A stretch of DNA of 64,000 bases, from NCBI GenBank assembly GCA_030704615.1, contig CM060732.1, forward strand, positions 41,168,001 to 41,232,000, in the 5' to 3' direction. The stretch comes from Takakia lepidozioides (lineage: Eukaryota > Plantae > Bryophyta). Positions within the stretch are counted from its first letter, which is position 1; each line of letters begins with the position of its first letter. The notes under the pieces were generated by a model. It saw only the letters and a program-made list of their open reading frames with translations. It did not search any database and was not told where the DNA came from. Positions 1 through 12,727 of this stretch are shown piece after piece. The translations under genes were made by a program, and so were the position numbers.

Positions 1-77
1 AACCAAGTGACCACAATAGCAAACCGACTAACTCAATGTAAGTAACTTCTGAAAATTATTCATCAAACCAACTCCAA

Positions 78-3000
78 CTATTTCTTCAGTTTGTCCTTGC
101 CACTCGGAAACTTGACATTGGGATGCATGCACTTGTTCTCACCAGTCCAATGACGTTTGCGTTCGTTGACGAACCAATTGTTGATCTGTATCGCATCCAA
201 GTCGCACATTTCTTGGAGGCGTATCTTCTCAATGTCCTACACGCACACAATGTTTGTATGTTTCAGATCCCAAAGAATTTAATTCACATGTACAAACATT
301 TTTAGGAGAACTATTCGTACATTTCAATAGAAGACAATTGCTACCTGTCACTGAGGCTGCAAATACATATGTCAATGATGGTAAGTGAAAAGAGAACAAA
401 ATTTATGCTTAAAAAAGACACGTACTCACCGTAGGGTAGGGCCATGACTGATGCTTTTCAAACCAATCTTTCAAAATCTGACGAGCATGTGGGGGGAACC
501 TCCCTTTCTTGCGCACACGGTGAAACTCATCTCTTAGACCTGCAATATAAGGCCGATATTTTTGATGAAGGAGTCTCTTCAGCTCAGGGTCCGGGGCCAT
601 GGGGTCGATGATTATGCTATGGTCAATCAACGTGGGATCAATAACCCCAAGGTCGATCTCATCATCCTCCCCTGCAATGTCAAACCCAAAGTTCTCATGA
701 TCTTCGTACTCTGGCACCGCTGCACAAAATTTCAAGTTATTGTCAAATCACTCTAACTCTAAGACTTTACCCCTGAGATCATCTTCATGGTTTCATATCG
801 CTAGATAGTTAGATACATGTATAGTATGATACACCACTTTCATACCTATCAAGTATAATCCACTGTTTTATATATATATATTTATTTGGATACGTACAGG
901 CCCAGCCCCCCAAAACCCGCCCCCCCCCCCATTAATTAAACCACAATAGAGTCAACGTCGTGTCTTGCACTGGAGACACATTATACACAATTCTAGATAC
1001 GTTCCGTATATGGTACTCTCCGTTGGCGGCGGAGTTCAATCACAGGACTCTTTCCTCAGACTCACGTCCCTAGTTCTCTTGTAATCTTGGTCAACAACTT
1101 GCTTTCTGTACTGGGTTGTTTGAGAAGTGGAGGTCGCTTCAAAGGACATTGGCTCTGTCAGATCTTGAGCTTTTGGTTTTCACTTTCAGATTTGGTACGT
1201 GACCAGTGCACTTTTAGGTTTGGTCATGCCCTGGTCATGCACGAGTCTATAGAAAACAAGACTGATTAGACACGGGGAGTCTTATTTTTGGCACGAGCAG
1301 ACACTGTGATTCACGAGCCTAGAAAAAAGAAGAGAAATACTGAGAGTCTTATTTGTTCACACTAAGGGAGGACTCTAGATAAACCAGATAAATATTGAGA
1401 TCTCTGTCTAATTTTTGGCACACTGAAAACAAATATTGTGAACGAAGCAGACACATGCGACAGATGCGACAGAGCCAAATTACTGGAGCTGCACAATATA
1501 GCTCAGGCTACCCCAGCATTCATAAAGACTTCAGTCCTCACCGGTTACCATAGATACTTTTAAGCTATCAGATATTGACTTGCTGTTCATGACCGCAGAC
1601 ATTGATTTTTCTTTTTCACAGCACATCTGTATCTAGAGAATATTGATAAGTACTCACTATTGACATGGTGGCCACATATATCCTCAAGTTCCTTGGTAGC
1701 GTGGGCATGATACTCCATGAATCCTTTGAAAGGGTCCTCTATATCATCCCGGAGTCTGGTGAGCAGATCCACATACGTTTTCTGGGGAGCCATCAAACAA
1801 CAGATCACATTTTGAGTACTAGACTTCAGCAACTCAGCAACTCTCTTAAGTGTCTGACAAAATCTTACTACCAGAAATCAGCACAGTCCCAGTACCTCCC
1901 AATGCGAAACCTCTGCAACATCAAGCTGTTTGAGGCCATGTGCAAGCTGTGCTAGACTTCAACAAGCTTCCATAAAAACACACATGTGACATATGTGAGA
2001 AATTGTGTCATCTAAACAGGACATACATACCATGAAATAGTCGAGTTCAGGGTCATCTCCTTCGGCCGGTAGTCCTCCAACTTGAAGGTGCACAAATTTG
2101 TTTGTAAGGTTATCCAGCTTGGAATGAAGTTCTTTAGGGGCCCCAATCTGCATGCAAGCTTATGATTTGCTTACAAGGTGGCAATATGTGCAATATAAAC
2201 ATTCCCTAAGCTTTCAAGGATGCACTACCGATTAAATCTGTCAAAAAAAATGGAATTCATCTGTGAATGATTTCTGGATATATGACATGAATTGATCAAG
2301 AATACGAGCCAATCTATATAAGTACAGTACAGATGGTGTTCAGGCTTGACCTTGAAACAGTTCACATGGGCTACTACCAAATCTGGATATAGAGGGTGCC
2401 CAATGATGGCTGCCCTGATCAAGCTGTCCGTCTCTGGAACCTGCTGAACATCCACAGGTCTGACATATCAGCCTAAAAGCTCTCTAAAAGACCATGTCAT
2501 CCAAACCAGCTTGCAGCTCCATACTCTGGCATGCATAGTTTCTGTAACCTTAGAGTGCTCAGGACACATTTCTGGAAAACTCATTAATGCGTCAAGTACC
2601 TGAACAGGCGTAGAAGGGCCTGGTTCATGATATGCAGGCGCTTCTGAATTGACAATTCCATCCGCCAAAACTTCCATTGATCTTAGTAGCTGAGCGGATC
2701 CAGGGCACTTGTAGGAGAGGTTCCGCCTGAGTGTTTCGATATCTCTGCTGAGCAGTGTCTCAGGAGTGTCGAGAGGTACTCCCTCCACATGAGTGGCGTA
2801 AGAGCTTCCACTCGGTGCTATCGGTGGCCCAGTGAAGGCCGGCACTCCGGGATGATTCACCAGACATTGTCCAAACAATGTGTAAATCGATGCATCTGCT
2901 GGGGCAATATTGACGTTTATCAGGTCTGAAGAGGCGGCCGGCAGTGCAGTTTCTAGAGTCTGAGTCGTCGTGTCGAGATAAGGATGATACTCGAACAATT

Positions 3001-3151
3001 GACCTTGTGGCTCTGACGAGTGCACATGCTGATCCATGGAACCAGAAGCAAACTCAGTCAGAAAACAATTCGGCGTGGGTTGCTCCCCAGTGTTATGTAA
3101 ACCAGCCATATGAGGCTCTGTTGGAGAGCCTCCCATCCCTGTGGCATGCAT
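78..3151 (-). CDS. KNOX1: Class I KNOX (KNOTTED1-like TALE homeobox) transcription factor, moss MKN2-like; about 6 exons
   Basis: Spliced exons (-): ~3151-2549 (N-terminus; junction to the next exon ambiguous), ~2445-2351 (KNOX1: [23 protein letters not shown]), 2147-2031 (IGAP...DDPELDYFM), 1781-1658 (KNOX2), 719-430 (ELK + homeodomain ...[27 protein letters not shown]), 236-78 ([40 protein letters not shown]...KK*). GT-AG sites and phases checked by hand for the last four introns. Confidence 0.93.
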
Positions 3152-3786
3152 GGCACTCAAAGTTTCAATCAGTCTTTAGCTCCCAGCTTGTAACTACTAT
3201 AAACACATTTTTTTCTCGTGTTTATGCACCTGATTCTGCAATATTATCGAATTTATTCATGTGCTGTTCTGGTCCAACTACTTCCTGCCATTACTCTGGA
3301 TCGATACTGCAGGTAGACCTGGCAAAACCATAACGCGGGTCGCTTTTACAGATTGTTTGTACATGTACGAGTTCATTTCTAAGCAGTACCAGGAGCACTC
3401 CCCACAAGCTGCATTGGTTCAAAGGAAAGAGGAGAGTCCAAACAGAGCCAAATTATGGACTGTAATTTTCATCAAGCTGGACTACCAGCTACTTATGTAA
3501 GTGTGGAATTGGGGCCTCTCTGGGGCGGCCTTCGACCGACAGATGGTGCTGTAGTATTGTCATCAACATCCTACGAATAACTTCAGTACCCATTGAGTTG
3601 TGCCCCTGCAGTTACCCACACTCTCTCCAGCAGTTTATAGAGGTCTACTGGCTATCTCTTTTGAATGCACTGAGCTATTCAAAGCAGCTTTGATTTGTTG
3701 AAATCTGGTCAACACTTTTGAAGCAGTACTGTTTGCTCTCGCTTGATATTTTCATTCACATAGCATATGACTCCTTTTCAGTTTTC

Positions 3787-5126
3787 TGTTGAAGCCTTGT
3801 CCGACACTGCTAAAGACTAAGTCAGCATTCGCTTAAAAGGTTTCCGCTTACAAGCTCCATAGCAGTTTCTCCTTTCAACGTCACCTAGACTACCATCGAC
3901 GACCCTTCCGCAAGGTGAGGGGCACCACGAACTCACCACCATCATGCATGGACTCGCCTGGAGAACTAGACCAGTAGTTCTTGGAATCTTCCTCAGTACT
4001 CTGAAAACCACCTATCCCGGACTTAGACGCCCCCGCAAGATACTTGTCTTTTCCTCCAAGCTTCCCCTCTACAGCCCGAGCCATTGTGCTGCAGCTACTC
4101 AAAAAACAGATTGTTCAACAAGAATAACAAGCCCTGTAACGGATCTCTTCAGTTCTGCTCACAAACAGAGGATCAACCCACAACCACCACAGCTTAGAAA
4201 CACAAAAGAGACATAATGCCACCCCTGAGAAACAACACCAACAATGATCCAGCAACAACAAGACGATGGAGCTGGAGCGCTACCGCTTCCTCTCCTCTCC
4301 TCTCTCTGTCTCTCTCTTTCTCTCTCTCTACTCTCTATTTTTCTGCATCTCTTCTCTTTTTTTTTGGAGCAATTTCAAAACTTTATTGGGAGGAAAACAA
4401 ATAAAAACCGTATTTTGTTTATTCTTTTTCCTTTTTGTATTCCAACGTAAATATCCCCTTTCCTTTCAAAAAGATAAAAACAAAATTAAAAAATCAACCC
4501 CCACCTAACCTCGATTAATCAGGGCAAGTGATTTTACTCCCCTTAAACGAGGCTGATTAATAATCCTTACCATTCACCTTAGGTGTGTCTAGGGCTAATT
4601 GGACGAAATGATTGTACCAATTATGTGTATAATTGTGATTACGATTACAACTACTAGTGTGCTTGCGATGAGATTACATGTGTAATCGCCTTGCCAGAAA
4701 AGCCGATGCATTACATGTGTAATTGCCTTGAGGTTTCCATGCTTGTGCACATTCCGCAAGGAATTGAGAGAGGACGCCCGTTCCAACAACCAACGTCTCA
4801 CACGTGTGGAGCGTGTAAAACATGTCTGCCCAACCCACGTCCGACCCGTATACACTCTAATACGGTCCGGTACACCGGTAGACAATACAGGTAGACAATA
4901 CATTGTCACGTCACGTGCTATACGTCTCCCATTCCAGAGGGAGCGACACTATACGCTATTTAGTACTCGTATACGTATGGCTTCGCGTACATGAAAGTAG
5001 ATTAGTAAGTGGGATTAGTGAGGGCAGGCGTGAATTAGTGAGTAATGTGTAAGTCCCTCTGGTCGTCCGTGTTTTGAACTGTGCAGTGTGTAGTTCTCAG
5101 AGTGCACTTGACATGTCTTCCCCCCA
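3787..5126 (-). mobile_element. Probable 3' LTR plus polypurine tract of an LTR retrotransposon remnant
   Basis: The minus strand reads GTGTGGGGGGAAGACA|TGTCAAG at ~5128-5107 (PPT followed by TG), then ~1.3 kb of non-coding LTR-like sequence. The left boundary is uncertain and no TSD was found. Confidence 0.45.
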
Positions 5127-7983
5127 CACTGAAGGGCCATCATCGCCTCCATTGGGTCCATTTCAAGTCACACAAGTGATGTTGAATCCGTGAAAGAGAA
5201 AGAGGCTAACCAAATCAGCTGCGCCCAAGTGGGATGCCATGGCGTTAATGCGGCTGCCCTCCTGCAGCCTTTGCAGTTAAAGCGAGAGGGATGTTTGCTC
5301 AGGCGGGTCTTGTCACCATGAAGCCTGGGTAGCCTACTCCAGCGAAGATGTTTGTCAGGATTCAACCCGCGGCCATATGAGAAACGTCCCCCTGCCCATT
5401 CCTGCTTCGGATGCTCTGCTTCTTGAACAGGTAAGATGGCCCCAGTACTGTCAATAGACGGAATGAAGTTGGGGTTAGTAGCACAGTGGGAAGTTAGTGA
5501 TTTCGCCGGTGCAGGCAACAGTGCTGTGTTGGAACTTGAAACTTGAAACCTCCAAATACTGAAATCAGAGATCATCTTCCTGACAGCCTTTTTCATTTTT
5601 TTCAACTATCTTCAGGAAGGTACAGGAAGGTAGTAGTTTAGAGAGCCCCACCTGAGCCCCAACCCAATTTGCCAGATTTACTAATTCCTCCATATCTGTA
5701 AGTGGGATTTCTTTCACAGGGGGTAACAGGACTGATGTGAGTGTACACAGAGCGCCAGAACGGTCATGGTACCCCTATAGAGACTGAGAAGCCCATTCGC
5801 ATAAAAGATAGGGATGGATTGTTGGCGGGAAAGTAATTGAGTGGTCCAAATGGACTAAGATTATCAATACGGCTCAGATCGATCTTGACCGAATGAGATC
5901 TCCAGTGCATATTCAGAATATGTCACTGGATATTATCATGGCATATTCCTGGAAGGACTCAAGCCTGGGTACTGGGTACCTCTAGTCACTCTCTAGTCAC
6001 AAAGGGAATTATCCACCCCTATGTTTAAGACACCCAACTGGAGAAAACTGACCCTATATATACAATGGCCCCAGTGACACTCACTGCTACAAAGTTCAGA
6101 GTTTTGACAGTCAAACTTAGTGCCCAAATCCAAGTAATCCTTTTGGTGGCCTATAACTTGGGGTCAGATGTTTCCAGACATTTTACTTACCCATTTTGAG
6201 GCCCAAAACATGCCTCCACCCCATGAATTTGACCATTGCAACCCCTACAGCCAACACTGCGGTACTGCAGGAAGAGAGTACATTCGTGACGGTAATTCTC
6301 TTAATCCCAGTACCGCTCGTGCCAAGGTGGGGTGGCGCGTGCGAAGGGTCGACGATGATGTCACTGGATGGCAAGGAAAGTGAGAGGGAATTCCATTGCG
6401 TCTTTGAGCGGCTCGTGTGTGCTCGTGTGTGCGGTACTGCAGGCCTCGCATTTCCCTTGCATTCTGCATCCAGACCTGATTAGATCCTTGTTGTACACAA
6501 GCCTGCACCTGCAAGCTCTCAAATGTATAGGCGAGATCAGTACACCCCCTGGAGTCAGTGTAACCGACAGGATTAATGAGCACCACTGGCAGTGATCTAA
6601 TCAGATCTGAACATACTACGACAAGGCCCTGTTGATAGAGAGCTCTTCATGAATCCAGGAGTGGAACGTCTAACGAAATTTCGCTTCCAGGTCTCTTGCT
6701 TGGAACGCATTGAGCATAGTTACAGACTGGATGATCAGGATGGTAAGTGTGTGCAGAAGGCTACCGAGGTCGGGCCGATCAAACCGATAATTAACGTCAT
6801 ACTTTTAGTATGGAGAGAAGATGAGGGTTCCAGAGAGGGGAAAGATAAGTTCTAAGTTAGCGCCCGTGCAAGACAGACTCCACAGACGGCGTTCATCGTG
6901 CTCTAATAAAAATTTGGGAGCGGGGGAAGAGAGAGAGTCTAGGTGAACAATTGACAGCATTTGATCTGGCGCTTTACTGCCTCTCTAAATCCTTCCGCAA
7001 CCTCCACATCATGCGTTTGTGAATTGACAATTGGGCATGCACTGATCTGTGACCTTTTCTCTCTCTCATGAAGATCAAAGCGCTGAGCAATGATATATGT
7101 GTATATGTAGACACTCATTAATCGGACATGATTACCAATTGATCTCGTACTACAGTGTTCTAGATATGAGCTTGGCACGAATATGAAGTCTTATAAGATC
7201 AGTGGGATACATTTCGCATTGCTTGCAGTTCTTTTCATTTGCTTCCCACATTGTACAGCTGAATCCGACAGAGTGCGCAAGTTTTTTTTAGTCTTCAATT
7301 GACACTTCGTCAACCTCCATTATCTGAAGGTCTCTCTGTCAATCTCCGTCAGGCTTTCGCTCGCTTCCAACATCGCAGTGCATTTTACGACCACCGCTGA
7401 TAGCCGGTCATCGACCGGTTGTAAGCTGACGGTACCGGAATGTCTGCCACGTGTATCTGAAACCCGAGCTTCCGATAGGATTCTTCATTCGTCCGTATGG
7501 ATGAAATATGCGTGTACCTAGTTCACTTGTCGCATAGATGAGCTCTGGGAGAAGGTCGTCCATCAAATGCCGTATCTGGCAAGCCCTAATAGTCACCGGT
7601 CATGACCGGTCTCAAGAATCTTCTCTCTGCCTCTGTCCCGGAGTGGATATACAATACAACCGCAGGGTTCTGGAAGAATTGGGGCAAGCGAGCGATGGAT
7701 TTGCTTCGATGAGGAAGACGACTTTTCTTGTTTTGATTGACCGTTGTCCTGACCTGGACTGCCCCTGGAATGTGAATTTAACAGCTTCATCTGCTGGAGC
7801 ATCTCCTCAAGTTTAGGGTTTGCGCATTCGATCTCAGAAAAAGAGGTAATCTCAGGCCTTCGCAGAATTGAAGGCATTGGATAGGAGCTCCATGGTTGAG
7901 TTAGATCTTCCTACAGCATCCCAGCAAACTTGGTTGACGTAAGTATGAGATTACTTAGCCGTGGTCGGCACTATTGGCCAAGT

Positions 7984-7985
<2 letters not shown>

Positions 7986-8013
<28 letters not shown>
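7986..8013. repeat. (GA)n microsatellite upstream of the peptidase-like gene
   Basis: A run of about 14 GA units. Confidence 0.9.
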
Positions 8014-8020
<7 letters not shown>

Positions 8021-8166
8021 AGTCGCGATCGTTGCTGGATTGGAAACGATTTTCGGTTGTGAAAGTAGAATCATAACCCGCTGTAAGTTTGTGTCTTTTC
8101 AGACTTCGTATCGTTCAGGAAGCGGCTGATTTGGAGAGGATTGATGGGGAGAGGCTGGAGGGAGTG

Positions 8167-8175
8167 AAACCCTAA
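8167..8175 (+). promoter_or_regulatory. Telo-box-like motif AAACCCTAA in the 5' leader
   Basis: Exact AAACCCTAA about 50 nt before the ATG at 8221. The motif is short and could occur by chance. Confidence 0.3.
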
Positions 8176-8220
8176 TTGGAATGCGAGTTGCTGGACCGTG
8201 ACGCGACAGAGAGTAGGAGA

Positions 8221-10956
8221 ATGGGGTCTCCTGTAATTTGGGCGCGATATTTTCTCACAAAGATCAAAGTTTCATTCGCACAAAGCATCAGGGTATGATC
8301 TCGCAGTATTATTGACCCCTTAGCCACTCAATGTCGCATTCGTGTAGGATCCAGCAGAGGTGAAAGCTTAATCCTGCAAATGGATTATCACTTGCGGAGA
8401 GAGTAATAGGGCATATACTGCTAACCGGATGGGTTGAATGTTGCCGCATCTATGGCTGCAGTCTATGACCTATTTTTCGTGGCAACGCATCGCAATTCTG
8501 GCTCGTCTTTTTGCCTCTCCGTCCCTCACTCTCCCATCGCAATTTCTTTTCTTGCATGAAAATTTAAAAAATTATTGGAGAGTTTTTCTTGTCAATAGTG
8601 GCTCCTTCCTCTTGCGCACCCTCTCTCCCTCTCTCCCTGCCACTTGGATCAGCTGGTAAGGGGGCTCTTTCTTTTGTGTCCAGGGTATAAAATTGGTTTC
8701 TGTGCCTGTAGCCATTCTCCACTATTTTAAGGCGCTAGATTTTTACTAGGTCAACATGTGGATGATGGGGTGTGGTCTGTGTTATTTCTTCTAGTTCATC
8801 TGAGATCCAAGCCCGAGGGATGGTAACCCACGAGTTCTACAGCCAGAAGTCCACCACTTTGTCTGGTTGGCGAGGCACATGATGAGCATTTGCTCTCTCT
8901 CTCTGTGAGAAGTCCAAGCACTGGCTTTAAGATCAAACTTGACCCGGTGCTGGTTGGTGAGAGGTTTGAAATGGCATTTTATGGGCATGCCATGATTTCA
9001 GTCTCATAACCCCCTTCTTGGATCTTCTGGCTGTATTGATAAACACAGAGCTATGAGTTGGGTGACATCAAGGAGAGAGAGATCTATGACCATGTTCTGA
9101 GGAACGTAGTACGAGGCCGGCTCACGTTCAAGCGTCTCTTTAAAGGTGCAGAAATGACACCTACGTTTGCTAGTCAAGGGGAGACGTTACTCATTCGATC
9201 ACTTCCAAGGCCGAGTCCCAAGTAGGTTTTTCCTCCCACCATCCTGCCAACAGGTTCTACTCTTTGAGTAATCTGGACCTTACTTGTGCAGTGTTTTGGG
9301 CACGTGGTCCTGTGCCGAAACTATGTGTGGCATTCTACAGAGGTCACCCTCCTTGGTCCATCCATATGCAGGGGAGCGTACTCTTGTGTATGCTAGATGT
9401 CCATCATATTATGAAAAAGCCACTCTTAAACAAATGTCACAAATGCAAAGGTGATCTCTAAGGAGGTAACCCTTTCTAACACTGCTCTGTTTTTAACTAT
9501 GAAACTTCCCCTTGAATTGCACAGATCGGTGTTTGTGGGGGACGTTGTGATGTTGAAGGATCCAGGGAATCCTGAGAGGGAGTTGGTGCGACGTGTTGCA
9601 GCATTGGAAGGGGAGGAGATGCTCTCAACTGACGAAAATGATGAGCCGTTCCAGCTTGAGACTGGCACCTGCTGGGTCCTCTGTGACAATGACACTATAA
9701 GTCCCAAAGAACCGGTAAGACCATATACTTTTTTGGGTTTGAACTCATCTCTTGACATGTTAAAGAATGCTCTTATTAAACTGGCATTGCCATAGCCTTG
9801 CAATCAAAGGCCAATGACTAAGCTTGACAGACCAAGTCGGAGGGATTGGGTACAAGAAGACCTTGTGGTTCTGTAGAGTATTTATCGCCTTCTAACACCG
9901 GCAGCAGTCAATGGGTCAAGAAGGTTTCGTAAGTTATGCTGGTGTCACATTCTTCTTCTTGGTTAGTGGTAATAGAAGTCGAAAGTCAATTGCACAGAGT
10001 AGATAGTCTTGTTGTCAAGAACTTATTCAGACGAAGGGAACAAATCTGTAAGAACTTTTACTTGCTAGTTCAAAAGCTACTAGTATGCTTAATGGTGATG
10101 GGGGGCCTGTAACTGTGTAGAGGTTATGCAACTCTTTCCACCGCTTTGAGTGGCTGCTCCAATCTTGCAGTTGAAACCCCCATGTATAACCGAGGGCATC
10201 AATCAGCTCATAGAATGCTGTGACCTTGGCGAGTATTGACTGACAACACATCACTCCTTTCTGAGACCAGAAGGATTCAGGGATTCTGCTGCCAAGAAGT
10301 CAACCATAGAGATGGAGCTGGTTGTACCAGAGCCCTTCCCGTATCTAGTGTAATTACCAGCCGGTACGAGTAAGTGACCTAGGGAAGTGTGTCCATTGAT
10401 TCAGCTTTATTGTGGGTTGCAGGATTCCGTAGATAGCCGGACTTTTGGGCCACTTCCATTGAGCAATATTGTGGGGAGAGCTATCTATTGCAGTCGCTCC
10501 CCGGTTGAACATGGCTTCGTCCACAACAGGTGAGAAGGGGAACATTCTTCTAGTACTTTCTGTTTTTTGTTTTGCTCTTCTGTTTGCTAAAGCCTCATGA
10601 TGCACAGTTACAGGCTTCTTTGATTGGGAGGAATTGCATCCATGATTTGAAACTGGACAACCCAGATGGGGTAACCCTGTTGGAAGATGTTGACTGAAAT
10701 GGTCTCCACTGGGGAAGGGGTTTGATCTGGTAGCTTCATATCTGTGTAATGAGTATAGCCTCTCTCTCTCTCTCTCTCTCTCAAGATACAGTCTTATACT
10801 CTTGTATGAATTGTCGCTTAGTTCTGGTCTCCCTCTGCCTCTGCCTCTCACACAAGACTGATGTTGCTTTTTCTTAACAGTGACGAGGCGATGCATGCCG
10901 ACTCTCCAGTCTTGGCAGTTGAACTTGATGTTGACGAATTGACGAGCCAATCTTGA
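8221..10956 (+). CDS. Peptidase S24/S26 (IMP/signal peptidase I-like) family protein, plant type; 5 exons
   Basis: Exons 8221-8292, 9049-9221, 9525-9714, 10423-10529 and 10881-10956 join in frame via GT-AG. Protein: MGSPVIWARYFLTK...KGAEMTPT...VFVGDVVMLKDP...LVRRVAALEGEEM...DSRTFGPLPLSNIVGRAIY...DSPVLAVELDVDELTSQS*. Confidence 0.9.
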
Positions 10957-12727
10957 GCTGTTAGAGTGCTAAGGCCAGTTTTTTACCTCTATCAAGTTGC
11001 TTCTGAGGCTTATTATTTAGGTTTTCTTGTGAAGAAAGTACTGAGCTTGTTAATGTAGCTGAGTTAAATGCTGCCAAAGCATCTGACCATAATTTGTTAC
11101 CCAGAAGGTTGCTAATACTCCCAGACCCAGTGTCTGGTTGAGGAGCAGTTATTTGGATGTTAAACCTCCTTCGTACTTGTGCACAGTGCAGAATAGGACT
11201 TGAAACCCAACTGACAGGATCACATGGAAAACTGTCTTAGAAGTATGTAACTACGTACCACGTGTTTACAAGATGAAATAAAACAAGTCAATGCATAATT
11301 ACAATGGTTGTTATTACCCACCACTGGTTTCATGGAACGGGCAGGGTAAGCTTTAACGCGTATAAATGGAGAATGGAAGCCACTGTGGCGAGCCCAACAT
11401 GGTAAGTTAATGGTTTTAACTTTGGGTTATTTACAAATGAGTTTAATAGTTTAAAAAAAAAAATTCAAATAGATTGCTGGGGAATGGTTCAAGAACTAAA
11501 TATCTTCAGCTTTCGTAATTTTTTCGTAGTGCTAGGCAGTCTGAGGAGCCAAAGGAATCAGATGTAAATTGGCGCATAAGCGCCCAGTTAGGAAGGGCAA
11601 GTCTAAAGCCCATCTTTCCTTTGATTAGATCAGATCCTTGTATTCTCTCTAGCTATCTCCCTACTTCACCTAGGGAGCCTACCAACATGACGGGAATTTG
11701 TTGTTCCAGACAATCTCAGATTCTGAAAGTCTTGTGCAGAGCTGCCCTCCGTTTCCCAAGGTGGCTGTAAGGATTTTGGATTTTATAATTAGCCAAAGAA
11801 GGCTTGATTACAATCAAGCTATCAAAGTTTGCAAATTTTTGGTATCCAAATCTCTCTGTGATAGAGTGTGTCTTGTGAAGGTAAACTGTTTCTTGTACGG
11901 TGAGCTGTGAATTCTGTGACACCTAGTACATTGTGTGAGGTTATTCCGATTAAAGAAAAACAAATTGCAATCCCAGGGGTTATCCCAAACGGGTTGCCCA
12001 GGCCTACCTTTCCTAGGTCACCTGAAAAGTCCATATTGCTCACATGCTGTAGACTAGCAAGAACTGCTCACAAAGCTTATAGCAGCAGCAAGGCCAATTG
12101 CCTAAGCTCTGACGTCAAGTACCAAGGCTGTTGATAAAAACCCGTGGGATTGCAAATTTCATGCCTTGAGGGACCGAGGGAGTGGTTCCAATTGGTTCAT
12201 TTTACTTCCACACTTGGGCATGCTGGCTGCGATGCATAAGAGTGATACACAAATTGAGGATGTGTAAGTGGTGGTTCGTGGGCTGCCGTCTGTGTAGTCA
12301 CAGAATTCCAGAGAGCTAGATATGTTGTAGTTCTCCTGCCTGATTGATCTAAGGTTTGCTTATGATTAGGAGCTATTTCCAGACAAAATGGACGCTGTAG
12401 TTCTCGTCCTCTTAAAGATTTGTCTGTCTTTCTACAGGCCGTATATGACACCATGGGTGGTACTCATCAGAAGGCAACCGGATGATGTGAAAGATATGCG
12501 TCAGATAGCTACTTACAACATCCTGCTAGTGTGAGAACTCTGCCAGTTCAAATGCAGCAGGGAAAGTAAAGAAAGAGCAGGAGTGACTGGAAGTATGAAG
12601 AACATGCATTCAGAGCAGGTAGTGTCAGATGGCCCAGAAAGGAAAGGAGAGGAAAGGAATGATCTGTAGAGGGCCAAGAACCGAAAGACTTTGGTACAAT
12701 TCACGTCACAGCATCATGCCATTAATT

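Noticed and set aside
5168-5605. 145-aa minus-strand ORF
   Set aside because: Non-ATG start, no recognisable motif, and adjacent to an LTR/PPT remnant.
10354-10950. 198-aa minus-strand ORF
   Set aside because: Antisense shadow of peptidase exons 4-5 plus a CT microsatellite; non-ATG start.
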